A DNA stretch of 60,268 nucleotides, the filler included, from Sphacelaria rigidula (taxonomy: Eukaryota): the NCBI GenBank assembly GCA_964200075.2. It is 8 parts of 8 records of this genome, joined end to end, with 100 filler letters (N's around TTAATTAATTAA, not from the genome) between each part and the next. Parts side by side here need not be neighbours in the genome. Positions count along the whole stretch, not along the records: positions 7,547 to 14,992 come from CAXNAA020014880.1; positions 15,093 to 22,538 come from CAXNAA020014881.1; 6 more parts are not named here. One strand, written 5' to 3'. Under the pieces are notes generated by a model that worked only from the letters and a program-made list of their open reading frames with translations, was not told the DNA's origin and made no database searches. Position 1 is the first letter of the stretch. Each line of letters starts with the position of its first letter. Both the position numbers and the translations under genes were made by a program. This document shows positions 10,943 to 22,416 of this stretch, in pieces.

Positions 10943-13225
10943 ATGCGATTCCTGCAGGCCGCGAATTGGCTGCGTACCTCATTGCCGCGTATGGCAGAAA
11001 CCGTAGCTCCCTTGCGTGTTTTCCCCGGAAACCTCATGGCTGGTGCTGCGAGGCGGACGAATCGTGTTGCTAAAAACCGCGCTATCCCGCCTGCATCTTG
11101 GACGGAGGGTAGCTTGCAGGCGAGAGCGGCAGCGAAGGATCTGGTGGTTCACGCCGTGACGCTGTTCCATCCTCGTCCTGATCGTCAGGTGCTAATGTTT
11201 CCGGATGCACCTGAGTGTCATTGGGGTAGTTTTGTCACGCAGGTACTTACAGCGGAAATGCAACGACGCCTGCCAGTTGAGGATATGACGCATGGATCGC
11301 TGGCTTTCCTCAGTGGTAATTTGAGGGGTTCGCGGTTGCGTTGGGCCACAATTGATAGGGAAGGTTTTGCTATCGTAAGCACTTTTCGTCGTTTGGAGCA
11401 TTTTTTGTGGGATAGCGTGCACATTTTCACGGATCACCGGAATCTCGTGTATATTTTCAACCCGGAAGCGTGCGTTACGTCTGTGTCGAAAGCATTGGCA
11501 CAACGTTTGGAGGGTTGGAAAGCTGTTCTTGGCCAGTGCCGGTACAAGATTTGTCATATTTCGGATGAGCGTAACGCGTGGGGTGACTTGCTGTCGTGCT
11601 GGGTAAATATTCCTACTATGCCTACGCGCGCTGTGGCTGTGTATGGTCCGTGTGAACCTGATGACTCGATGCCGTCCAAATCCGTTGTCCGCCAAGCGCA
11701 ACGAGAAGATCTTGGGGCCGAAGATGCGGATGTGCAATCTTTCGAGTCGGACGTTGGTATTACTATCTTGGACAATGAAGGTCTGTTTCGTGTGCATGTG
11801 CGTGGCCGAAACGTTTTGTGGATTCCAAGTTCTGACAAGCAGTTGCAGGTATGTCTGATGATTTGCGCGCACATGCGCAACGCCGGGCATCGTGATGTGG
11901 CTGCGACGCTCGTGCGCTTGCATACGTTGTGTGTCTGGCAGGGGATAGAAACTCATGTGCGCGAATGCCTTCGCCAGCGTTTTCACTGTGCTGACTCGAG
12001 GGCGGGCGATGTTTTTCCCCACCCGCTCGGCGAAACGGTCCATGGGACCGAGCCGAATGAAGTCGTTCATTTTGACTTCTCGTACGTGGGCGAGAGTGGC
12101 CCGCTAGCTTCCCAAGGTTTGTCGGAGGATGCTGGGTTTCGATACATTTTGGTAATCATAGATGATTTGAACAACTTTGTGGCTCTAGAACCAGTAGCAG
12201 TGCGTACTGCTGAATCGACCGCTGCATCTTTGCTGAATTGGTGCAAAACTTTGGGGATGCCGCGTGTGTGGGTGAACGATACCGCCACGCATTTCAAGAA
12301 TGCGATCTTGGCCCGATTGCGAGAGGCTTTGCGCGTTGATGACCAGTTTGCGGTAGCGTATTCTCCGGGGTCTAACGGTACGTGCGAACGCATCGTAAAG
12401 GAAGTAGTTCGTGCTCTTCGCTCTATTCTTCTCGAGCAGCGTAGAGGGGGTTTCGAGTGGGTGGACGTGTTGCCGGCGGTGCAATGGGCGCTTAATACAG
12501 CGTATCGTCGTCGTTACGATAGTACGCCGTACCACGTGATGTTTGGTCGTGCCCCTCGGACGTCTTTCTCGGTGCTGCCATCTTCGTCGGCGGGAAAATG
12601 GAAGTGTGATGTTTTGGACGACGCTCAAAACAAGAGTGCATTGCAAGGAGTCTTGGACTTGCAAGAACGTCACCACGTTCAAGTGCAAGAACGTGTTGCC
12701 GCTGAACGTGCGCGTAGACGTGAGGGATCCTTGTCGGGGCTGGAATTGCCGAATTTTGAGGTAGGCGACTATGTCCTGTATGCACGCGTGCGTCGTCCGG
12801 GTGCTACGCCCAAGTTGATGATGAATTGGACTAGTCCATGGAGAGTGGTCGGTGCTCACCACCCACACGTGTTTGAGATTCAGAACATTTTTTCGAGTCG
12901 TGTTCAGACCGCCCACATAGCTTGTTTGCGTTTTTATGCAGACTCGCAGCTTAATTTTACGGCTGACGTTAAGGACGTGTTCCAGCATGCTTTCAATCAT
13001 GGGCAATTTCAGATGGCTGGTATGGTCCGAGTGGTAGAAGCAGATGATCGTTCGTTGATCGTGTTGGCCGACTGTGTTGGTTTCGGAGTTAACGAGCGTA
13101 CGTGGGAGCTATTCCAATATATTTTTGAGGCCGCTCCAGAATTACTTACGAAAGGCTTGCGTAAATTGCGCGTGACTCGTGCCGTTGCTGCTCGCATTAC
13201 GAGTGAGTTTGGTATTCAATTGTGA
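10943..13225 (+). CDS. pol: Gypsy pol C-terminal part: RNase H, integrase and chromodomain-like tail
   Basis: RNase H motifs MFPDA..CHWG, WATIDREGFAIV and IFTDHRNL. Integrase HHCC remnant H...GH and core VVHFDF, DTATHFKN, SNGTCER. Tail LIVLADCVGFGVNERTWE is chromodomain-like. Confidence 0.92.
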   Translation: MRFLQAANWLRTSLPRMAETVAPLRVFPGNLMAGAARRTNRVAKNRAIPPASWTEGSLQARAAAKDLVVHAVTLFHPRPDRQVLMFPDAPECHWGSFVTQVLTAEMQRRLPVEDMTHGSLAFLSGNLRGSRLRWATIDREGFAIVSTFRRLEHFLWDSVHIFTDHRNLVYIFNPEACVTSVSKALAQRLEGWKAVLGQCRYKICHISDERNAWGDLLSCWVNIPTMPTRAVAVYGPCEPDDSMPSKSVVRQAQREDLGAEDADVQSFESDVGITILDNEGLFRVHVRGRNVLWIPSSDKQLQVCLMICAHMRNAGHRDVAATLVRLHTLCVWQGIETHVRECLRQRFHCADSRAGDVFPHPLGETVHGTEPNEVVHFDFSYVGESGPLASQGLSEDAGFRYILVIIDDLNNFVALEPVAVRTAESTAASLLNWCKTLGMPRVWVNDTATHFKNAILARLREALRVDDQFAVAYSPGSNGTCERIVKEVVRALRSILLEQRRGGFEWVDVLPAVQWALNTAYRRRYDSTPYHVMFGRAPRTSFSVLPSSSAGKWKCDVLDDAQNKSALQGVLDLQERHHVQVQERVAAERARRREGSLSGLELPNFEVGDYVLYARVRRPGATPKLMMNWTSPWRVVGAHHPHVFEIQNIFSSRVQTAHIACLRFYADSQLNFTADVKDVFQHAFNHGQFQMAGMVRVVEADDRSLIVLADCVGFGVNERTWELFQYIFEAAPELLTKGLRKLRVTRAVAARITSEFGIQL

Positions 13226-13299
13226 CTTACTCATCGTTTTGGCGTTTTCTATGTGTCAAGCTTGTTGATCGACTTTCGTGCAACGCGCTTTGGGGGTGC

Positions 13300-13547
13300 T
13301 GTGACGAGAATACGCCGTTACGTTGAGTTAGTAGTGATGATATGGATAATGACCGTTGGTAGTGATGACCTGGATAATGACCGGGGACACTGAGTTGATG
13401 CGCTGGCGTGTCTAGGTGGGTGCCTTGGAAGGTCACTCCTGGATAATGAGAATGTTATCAAGGCTGACAGTTGAAACTGACGCCAGTGAGACTGGGGAGT
13501 CCCTCAACAGCAGTGATCCAACAGTGCTTCCACTGGCTGGCGTCACA
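13300..13547 (+). repeat. 3' LTR of Gypsy element 2
   Basis: Direct repeat of 7653-7904, preceded by TTTGGGGGTGC. Confidence 0.95.
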
Positions 13548-14300
13548 AGGGTTTGGCATCGTCTAATTTCCACTCATGATACGTGGGAAAGGCTCAGGGA
13601 GCCTCGTGACGATTTCCCTTATATCTGCTGTAGAAAAACTCAGATCATCCTCAAACTTAGCAGTACCGTAGGAACTGATTCCCTAAAGGGAAGGATTGTG
13701 TTCTTGGCACAAGTTCAGAGTTTCTTCGTTCTGTACCGGCTTCCGGGGGTCCCAGTACAAAGACCCCCGGAGGGCAGTACAGAATGACAAAAAAACAAAA
13801 CAAAATCATGCGTCCCGGGATAGCCCAAGGAACACATGAGCAAAGTTTGGTGGAAAAACTCGAAAGTCTCATTCAATTTTCCTGTCTTGACGTAAAATTC
13901 ATCCAAAAAAGATGTTTTCATACTAAAACCAAGTAGTTGGGAGTTTGCACGTTTTAAGCTCACATCCTCGCACAAACGCTTGAACCTTTACTCAGTTCTA
14001 AGGAGTTAGACGCTGAAACTTTACACAAGTGTGGTATGAATCATTACGTACGCTTCGATCAACGAGGTTTTTTTAATTCTTGGATGTTTTACCGTTTCAC
14101 GGCGGTCCGACTGGATCGAAGTTTCCTCGAAAAAACTTAGACCCCGGAAAAACGGTGAAAAAAGTAAAAAAGTAAAAAAAATCAACTCGACCCAGAAAAA
14201 TTGCGTGATCACCCGTAAAAAATCTGTGCGGACTTTCAGTGTCGAACTCTTTACAACGGCGTGAAGTTTTGCTGATGAGTGTTTTTTGGGTATTTTCCTC
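13548..14300. mobile_element. Non-coding repeat family with internal direct/inverted modules (putative non-autonomous DNA transposon)
   Basis: Homologous to 33190-33487 plus 34842-35650 (e.g. tgtagaaaaactcagatc, taccggcttccggg, caaagtttggtgga, ggagttaga). Confidence 0.75.
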
Positions 14301-14615
14301 GCCATGGACAATCGAAGGCATATATTGCGGTAGCAATAGAATTCACCGTAATAGACAAGTATATTTCCGAACGTAATGGCTATCAACGATGAAAGTTCTC
14401 CGTCCATTGCACTGACCGTGTGTATTGACACAAAAAATGAAAATCGATTACTGGTGACCATGTGTATTGACGAGAAACATTATAGAACAGCCGATTGTAA
14501 ATTTTGGGGTTCAAAACTAAAATGGGGCTGAAGTCGCATGTTTCTATTGCAGGGAAGATACGAAAGAGTAACACAGAGCGAACATATCTTCCCCCCCCAA
14601 ACTCCGCAGGAGGAC

Positions 14616-14727
14616 TTGACCGTCAGACCGCTAGAGTAGGTCACCTGCCAAAGCGGCATCAATATTCACTTGGAAAAAGTACACGCTTGGTCCAGATGGA
14701 CTACGGGCACCGCGGTCCAAGGGTTAA
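14616..14727. mobile_element. ~110-bp piggyBac-like MITE (copy 1)
   Basis: TTGA-CCGTCAGACCGC...GCGGTCCAAGGG-TTAA; homologous to 34055-34162. Confidence 0.6.
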
Positions 14728-15092
14728 GCAACTCTGGCTAGGTGCTCCCAACAAAATGCGGTGTACACGCGTGTCGATGACGATATCACCAGAGAGAGAA
14801 GCAACGACAGAGAGGAAGCTCCTCGCCCATGCCCTTGGTGTGTCCCCGCTCGGTGATTACCAAACTCTCGAGAGACTGGTATCCTTGATCTTATCAGCAT
14901 GTGCCATTTTTTTCATATGCCAGAGCATCGACGTGCGGAGCAATTCCGTGTCTCTTCTCGCCTGTTGCCATCGCGAACATCGATTTCTTTCTNNNNNNNN
15001 NNNNNNNNNNNNNNNNNNNNNNNNNNNNNNNNNNNNTTAATTAATTAANNNNNNNNNNNNNNNNNNNNNNNNNNNNNNNNNNNNNNNNNNNN

Positions 15093-15825
15093 AATATTCC
15101 AACCCTCCCCCACATACACAGAACCCAGAATCATCTAGATCTACGAAGAACGTTCTGTGAGTGTTTTCAGAAGAATTCAGCATACTTACAGCAAGTTCTA
15201 CGAAGATACAGCAACCTGTGTACTAGTCAGATCCTTCTCTTGGTTGCACCTGTAGTGCTACTACTGTTACTGCCCAGACTGAGACTAGTTGCTGCAATCG
15301 TCAACAAAGGTAAATCTGTATCTGATTGCTTGCATTCATACATACCATTCCCCTGACACGACCCCTCGATCAGGCAACTAGTTCAAGATAATGGAGGGAG
15401 CACTGTAAAGCTTGCCAACTGCCTCGACCCCTTGGCTAGTATCGTATCAAAAGTATTCTACCACACACGACCGATTCCTGATCATGGCAAAAATACACCA
15501 GGTATAACGACTCGTCCAGTCATCATCCTCCTCGACCCCTTAGTTGGCTACGTATCAAAACTAAAGAGACAAAAAACACTTATCCGATGCAGACCTTTTG
15601 CGCCTATCCAAGTCTACATGACTGCTTCACGTCCTTTATTCAACAACTGAAGTCCTTGATATGTTTCACAATTGAAGCGAAATGGTGCTTCGGTAGATGA
15701 TTTGTTGCCAAGTCAGCGAGCTGTTTCTCGCTGGGCTGGTGGTGGAGTCTGATCTGGTTCCGCTTGATGAGCTCCCTCACGAAGAAGTAGCGGAGTGCTA
15801 TGTGCTTGGTATGAGAGCTGAACAT
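15093..15825 (-). mobile_element. 3' remnant of a second Ty1/Copia element (RNase H end, 3' UTR, PPT, LTR start)
   Basis: HTKHIALRYFFVRELI...QLADLAT at 15640-15825. On the minus strand GGGGGAG is followed by (t/g)GTTGGAATATT near 15093-15111. Confidence 0.8.
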
Positions 15826-15879
15826 AGCATCATGTAGCTTTGCTAATCCATAGCACTCCCCTCAATGGAAGTTTCGTGA

Positions 15880-16345
15880 TGTTGCAATTTTAGACAGGAC
15901 AGTCTATGTTCTTTGTGTGTGATTGAAATTGCCGCTAAACGATACTGTACAGCATAACCGGCACGACTTGAATGTTATTTGTTACGGTTCAGGAGAAACT
16001 GTAAACCATGTATGTGTCGTTTCACTGTACCTTTTTCATGGTGATATAGGGTACGTATTTAACATCTTTTGGTTTACGTACAGCATTGCTTTTTGTCCAG
16101 AGAGTGGAAAGTATTGAGGCTCGTTCTCGCTCGCCCCTCGGTTCTCACTCTCTCCAGCAACCCACTTTTGCTTCCACAGCTCTCTCTTGCAAAAGAGGCT
16201 GTTTGATAGTTTAGGCCAGAAGCGCCGAACTACACTATCTTGATTTTATTTCACTGGCTCCTCGCAAGTAGCTTTACCGCTATAGTGCAAGCCTCTGTTT
16301 ACCTGTCCAGTGAGACAGTGCTATGCCAGCGAATAATGTCCAACA
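15880..16345 (+). repeat. 5' LTR of Copia element
   Basis: Direct repeat of 21951-22416 with roughly two dozen substitutions. Confidence 0.95.
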
Positions 16346-16486
16346 AGTTTTGAGCCTTCGATTCGTGACCACATAGCTCAACAGGCTATCAGCCTCGGTT
16401 CGCGACCACACAGACCGACAGGTGCCTTCGATTCGCGACCACCTAGGTCTTCAGGTCATCAGCCTTTGAGTCAAGACTACATCGGT
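16341..16486 (+). repeat. Four degenerate ~37-bp tandem units, each LTR terminus (CAACA) + PBS-like motif
   Basis: caacaagttttgagccttcgattcgtgaccac / caacaggctatcagcctcggttcgcgaccac / cgacaggtgccttcgattcgcgaccac / cttcaggtcatcagcctttgagtcaagactac. Confidence 0.8.
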
Positions 16487-16612
16487 CAGCACGAGCGAGG
16501 AGGTGTCATATCAAGGTCGCCACAGCAGCGACATTCAAGAGTCCAAGAATCCTTATCTTTCCAATAGATCTGCAGGTGTGAAGAGAATAGTTTTATTAGT
16601 AACGCGAGGCAG

Positions 16613-19600
16613 ATGAATATGTCGGGAGAGCCATCTGTAACTCAGCTCATCAAGAGCATCAACAAGTTCGACGGTATAAAGTTCGTCGAGTGGATGCGCT
16701 CCACGCGCGCTATCATTTCTTTTACTCATCCGGGGATTGCGGATACCCTTAACGGGGTCGAACGCCCCGCGGAATTAAAAGAAGATTTTTCAGAGGTAGA
16801 TCTTCCACAACCAGCTGCCACAAGAACTACCCCTGCTAAAACTCGTTCTCAAACCACCCGCCAGCAGTTGTCCGTTCGACCGCATTTCTCATCGGTGGAA
16901 GCAACCGCTGGGGACGAGACGATTGCAGCGGTGGGTGGGACTGGACCTACCGGAGAAGACCATTTGTTTTTACGAGAATCTCGTTCTCCAAGCGTGGTGT
17001 CACATGAAAGGCGGGTTTCTCACACGCGTGAGATAGGAATTTGGGACCGATGCAATCAACAATTGTTCCACGTCTTGTATCTGTCTACAACTGGTCCTGC
17101 AGCGAGTTATTTGTTGCGTTTCCAGCCGAAGGGTTCAGAGGGACCAAACGGCGAACGTGCATGGGAGGCTTTGATTTCCAAGCACCAAAATTATTCGAAG
17201 CAGAGAATCAGGATCTTGATGAGAGAACTTAACAGCGTCACTATTTCACCGGGGCGAGACCCTGATACTTTCTTGAGCAAAGCGTATCAGCTTCGGGACG
17301 AACTGGACAACGTTGGCGAGGCCATTTCCGAAGAAAGGCTGACTGACAGAGTGACCGAAGGTTTAACAAGCGAGTATGATCTACCGAGTACAATGCGGAG
17401 CGTGATTCAGATCGCAGTATTCAGAGCATCGAAACAACAATGCGAATATGTATGCTAATCGCATGGCGCGGAGATATATCTCCGGGAAATCGCATGCGCG
17501 ATTCATCACTGCTGGTGACATCACTGTCAAAATCTTTGAATCAACCCCAGAAATTCCGTGGAAACTGCTACACCGGCGGGAGACCAGGACATCAGGCAAA
17601 AGACTGTCGCTCCCAACTGCAGTCAAATAATGGGAGCAGGCCTGTAAAATGGTGCAGTTTCCATCACACTGACAAGCATGACTATACCGAGTGTAGATCT
17701 CAACAGAACCGCAGGAATGCAGCCGACAACGCTGGAAACAACAACAATAATCATCATCGCAGAAATCCCCGCCATCAAAATAACAACCGTGACAACGGCA
17801 GCAACAACAGTAGGAGCTACCACAACAGCAACATCGGCAGCAACAACTCCAACGGACATCAACGCCAAGCCAACACAGCCGTCGCCGATCCAGCTACTAC
17901 AGCCGTACCATCGAACAACAACGGCCTGGAAACTTCTTCATCAACAGCTGCGACAGTGATAGATACATGCTCACCACCAAACGGTATGGGATTTACTTTT
18001 CTTTCTGGTTCACATGTCACTGATACACCCGATCCAATTTATTTTCAGTTGACAGTGGATAGCGGCAGCACTGGGCATTTTTTGGATCATCAGTTACTAC
18101 CCGATATCGAACGTGAAATGGTCGAGCTGGTCACACTCGATCCACCGATGACTATTTTAACAATGGGACGCCATCTACTACATGGTACAGCAAAATGAGT
18201 TTTGAACACCGTGGTCACTGACTCTGAGGGGTACCAACGTTCTGTATGGCTCCCAGCCGTAATTGTCCCAGGTTTGGGGAAGCATCTGTTCTCCCCTGTG
18301 CAAGCTCTTGCTGAGGGGGCTTCGACTATATTTTCTCACGAGTCCCATATCGACCTCGGAAAGTTTAAAGTGCCAATCAACAGTGACAACAACGGAGCGT
18401 GACAGTACATCAGCGTGAGAGTTTCTTGGAAACCGGGTATTATTAATAACAGCTCAGCATTTACAGCTTCAATTATATCAGGAGAATCTATGGGCATAGG
18501 GTCAGTCATTGTTGCAGAAGCCATTCACCACGACATGCCGAAAAGTTCAGCAGCCATGTCTGCCACAGCGGGAGCAGAACCGACAGCTTTGACTACCACG
18601 ACAGGAGCAGACATTTGGCATAGGCGACTTGGGCATCCTACGGAGCAGGTCATGCGCCGTCTACTGAATACTCCTGAATCAGGTGTGAACTTTGAGGGTT
18701 CACTGCCACCTCGTGTAACGTGCAAGCTTAATAAAAGTGTACAGCAGGAGCACCCAAAGGCCGTGGACTCCACGAACATTTCGGAACGACTGCAATTGGT
18801 CAGCACTGACCTCACAGGGCCGATTACGCCTATGGCGCAGGGCGGCTACCGCTACATGGCAAAATTTACGGATCACTTCTCGCGCTTCAAGGTAGTCTAC
18901 TTCATCAAAACGAAGGATGAGACCCTAACTACGCTCTGCAGGTTCATCCAAGATCTGGCTATTCCTTTAGGACTCCATGTACACCGTCTGCGGTCAGACC
19001 GTGGGGGTGAATACATCGCGTACTATTTTAAGAAGTACTGCAAGACTACGGGCATCCGCCAAGAATTCACCAGTCCATATACTCCTCAGCAGAATGGCAT
19101 CAGTGAAAGAGACGGGCGGAGCATCTTGAACGTTACTCGTTGTCTCCTGAATGAAGCGAATTTGCCGAAATTTCTTCGGGGAGAAATTGCTGCAACTGTG
19201 GTCATTTTAATCAATCGCCTACCGCACACGAGCATCGGCGGCGATACACCATTTTTCCGAATGTTTCTCAAGCAACCGAAGCTATCATCCCTGCGGACAA
19301 TCGGCTCGAGGGCGTTTGTGCACAGGGAACGTCATCACAGTAAGTTAGAAGAAAAGGCTTGGGAAGGAGTGCTAGTAGGGTATGATTCCGATAGTCCATC
19401 GTACCGCATTTACAACCGCTACTCGGGAAATATACCCAGCTCCAGAAACGTCGCTTTCATCGAACAAGTAACAGGAGCTCCTTGCAGTGATGAAGATTTT
19501 CGACTTTGGATATCCAGGAACCCGACGTATCTGCAGTTGATCAGGAACAACACGACGACATCAACAACTTCAACATGAATATTTACGATGGTTATAGCTC

Positions 19601-21393
19601 AGCTAGAGGACAACTCATCGACTACAGGGCCGCCTATCGCCCAAAGGAGGTTGCGTTCAGCCGGTGGTCCCAATCATCATCCTTCTGGACCAGTTAACAA
19701 ACGGCAAGCCAGGGAGCCAAAGCGACCAGCTTTCATGTCTTCTGCGGGTCAACATGCTGCAGCAACATTGGAATGGTATGTCAGTACATACGTACTGTTG
19801 GAGTTGAACAGGTGGCACCAACCGCGTCAATTACCGTACCCACCAACTATCGACAGGCATCGAGCTCACCATACTCGAAGAAGTGGAAAGCAGCCATGCT
19901 GGACGAACTTCAAAGTATCAAGAATCATGATGTAGCCGATATCATCCCGGCCAGCTCTATTCCCAGCAACAACAACATCATCGGTACAAGGTGAGTCTTT
20001 AAGGTCAAAGCCGACGTGCGTTTTAAAGCCCGGTTGGTGGTTCAAGGTTGGTCTCAGAGGCATGGGCTCGACTGCGGGAGTACTTTCGCTCCAGTTTGCA
20101 GGTTGGAAAGTCAGCGATTGTTACGGGCAATTGCTACTGCGAAAAATTGGCCTATTTGAGCCCTCGACGTACAAAGTGCTTTCTTGAACGGCAAGCTACA
20201 GGAAACAGTATTCTGTAGACAATCGCCAGGCTTCGAGACGTTCGACCCAGCGACAGGAGGACCACGAGTGATGCGTCTTAAGCGCGCTCTACGGACTGCG
20301 TCAGAGCCCAAACGTGTGGAACGTTACAATGGATACGGAGTTACGGGAAATGGGCTGTTCAGCCACAGCAAGGGACCTACACGAAAGGATCCCATGAGGG
20401 ATATGTGATGCTTACTCTGTATGTAGATGATGTCTTGATGACAGGACCGTCAATAAGTATACTGCAACAGGTTCAGGATGCACTGAAGTCAAGATTCTCC
20501 ATCTCCGAGCTAGGGCCAGTTTTTCTTATTCTTGGTAAAGAGGTCATCAGGGATGAAGCGCGAGGAACTCTCAAGTTGTCACAGCATAGGTAGGAAGAAT
20601 CAATGCTCAAGAAATTCGACATGGAGTCATCCAATCCAGTTCACACACCGGGGACACCAACATAACTCATCGACGACGCGCCCGAAGATACCTTCCCGGA
20701 ACCGGCAGAGAAAACCAATCACCAAGCGATGGTTGGGAGTCTCATCTTCCTCGCACAGAGCACACGATTTGACATCGCATTTAGTGTCTCTCAGGTAGCA
20801 CGTCACATGAGCAGCTCGAGTCACCAAAACTCAGTAGCAGTTAAACGGATATTTCGGTACCTGAAGGGAAAACCCGATCTTCCGCTAACGTACTCAACCT
20901 CCGATAAGAATCTGCTTTAAAACGGATTTTGTGATGCTAGCTATGGTAATGCCGGACTTCAGGGGAAAATGCGATCAACAGCGGGGACTTTTTTTTTTCT
21001 ATCTAACGGGCTAGTTCATCTCACTTCGAGCTTACAACGTATAACAGCCACTTCAACGACGGAAGCCGAGTTAATTGCCCTTTCAAAATGCGGCAAATTC
21101 GGAACGTATTTCTCCCCAATCTGATACGAAAGCTTGGATGGTCATCTATTATGCCCGCGACTATCTACTCGGATTCACAAGGCGCACTTCATCTGTCTTC
21201 AAACGCCAACTTCAGCACCAGCTCGAAACACCTGGCGATACGATTCTTTAATTTAAAATATATTATTCGAGCCGGACAAGTAAGGATACACTATGTACGA
21301 TCTTTGGAACAATTAGCGGATCGTCTCACCAAAAGCTGTGATAGAATCGTACATCAGAGACTGCTGAAGGTCATAACCGAATTTGGGAGATAA
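16613..21393 (+). pseudogene. Copia gag-pol polyprotein with multiple frameshifts and stops
   Basis: UBN2-like gag, knuckle CYTGGRPGHQAKDC, protease LTVDSGSTGHF, IWHRRLGH, integrase STDLTGP/RSDRGGEY/PQQNGISER, RT LYVDDVL and RNase H SKHLAIRFF...QLADRLTK. Confidence 0.95.
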
Positions 21394-21425
21394 CGGATAC
21401 TAATCTGGCAGGATATTTTCTTCAG

Positions 21426-21592
21426 CATCATGGTCAACGCTCAACTTCGATCATCATCGTCAACGCTCAACCACGATCATCATCGTCAACGTTCAACTTC
21501 GATCACCGTCGTCAACGCTCAACTTCGATCATCATCGTTAACGCTAAACTTCGATCATCATCGTTAACGCTAAACTTCGATCATCATCGTCA
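21426..21592 (+). repeat. 26-bp minisatellite (~6.4 copies) in Copia 3' UTR
   Basis: Unit CATCATCGTCAACGCTCAACTTCGAT. Confidence 0.92.
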
Positions 21593-21950
21593 CCGGAGTT
21601 GGAGGAACTTGATTTTGTTTGTTGTTTCGGTTAAAAAATGTTGGCATCTGTAAGTTATCGTTGATTGCTACATCGCCATATGATGACCAATTCGCGGTTT
21701 GATGTTACCGCACAATTGTTTTTGTTTGCTTATTTATTTTATAGCTCACGAAAATCTGATGCACATGCAAATACATGCGCATGCGAGTGGAGATTTGTAA
21801 CAGTGACTAGCTTCTTTTCTCAATTGGTGTTGGTTAAGTCGTTTTTCGACACAGTACAGATACATGAGTTGTACAACAGTACGAGTGCGTATCTCGACGA
21901 TTTAAGGTACACCATCTTTCTTTGATAGCGACATGTCAATCACGGGGGAG

Positions 21951-22416
21951 TGTTGCAATTTTAGACAGGACAGTCTATGTTCTTTGTGTGTGATTGAAAT
22001 CGCCGCTAAACGATACTGTACAGCATAACCGGCACGACTTGAATGTTATTTGTTACGGTTCAGGTGAAACTGTAAACCATGTATGTGTCGTTTCACTGTA
22101 CCTTTTTCATGGTAATATAGGGTACGTATTTAACATCTTTTGGTTCACGTACAGCTTTACGTTTCGTCCAGAGAGTGGAAAGTATTGAGATTCGCTCTCG
22201 CTCGCCCCGCGCTTCTCACGCTCCCCAGCAACCCAGTTTTGCTTCCGCAGCTCTCTCTCGCAAAAGAGGCTGTTTGATAGTTTAGGCCAGAAGCGCCGAA
22301 CTACACTATCTTGATTTTATTTCACTGGCTCCTCGCAAGTAGCTTTACCGCTATAATGCAAGCCTCTGCTTCACTGTCCAGTGAGACAGTGCTATGCCAG
22401 CGAATAATTTCCAACA
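21951..22416 (+). repeat. 3' LTR of Copia element
   Basis: Preceded by PPT, followed by TSD CGTGA. Confidence 0.95.

Larger units (their letters stand above)
7653..13547 (+). mobile_element. Degenerate full-length Ty3/Gypsy LTR retrotransposon with C-terminal chromodomain-like region
   Basis: LTRs at 7653-7904 and 13300-13547 (TGTGAC...GTCACA). Domain order is gag-PR-RT-RH-IN-chromo. PPT-position motif GCTTTGGGGGTGC precedes the 3' LTR. Confidence 0.95.
15880..22416 (+). mobile_element. Degenerate full-length Ty1/Copia LTR retrotransposon
   Basis: 466-bp LTRs at 15880-16345 and 21951-22416 (TGTTG...CAACA). 5-bp TSD CGTGA at 15875-15879 and 22417-22421. PPT CGGGGGAG. Domain order gag-PR-IN-RT-RH. 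Confidence 0.97.

Noticed and set aside
11192-13006. Long antisense ORFs opposite Gypsy pol
   Set aside because: Shadow frames with no recognisable motif.
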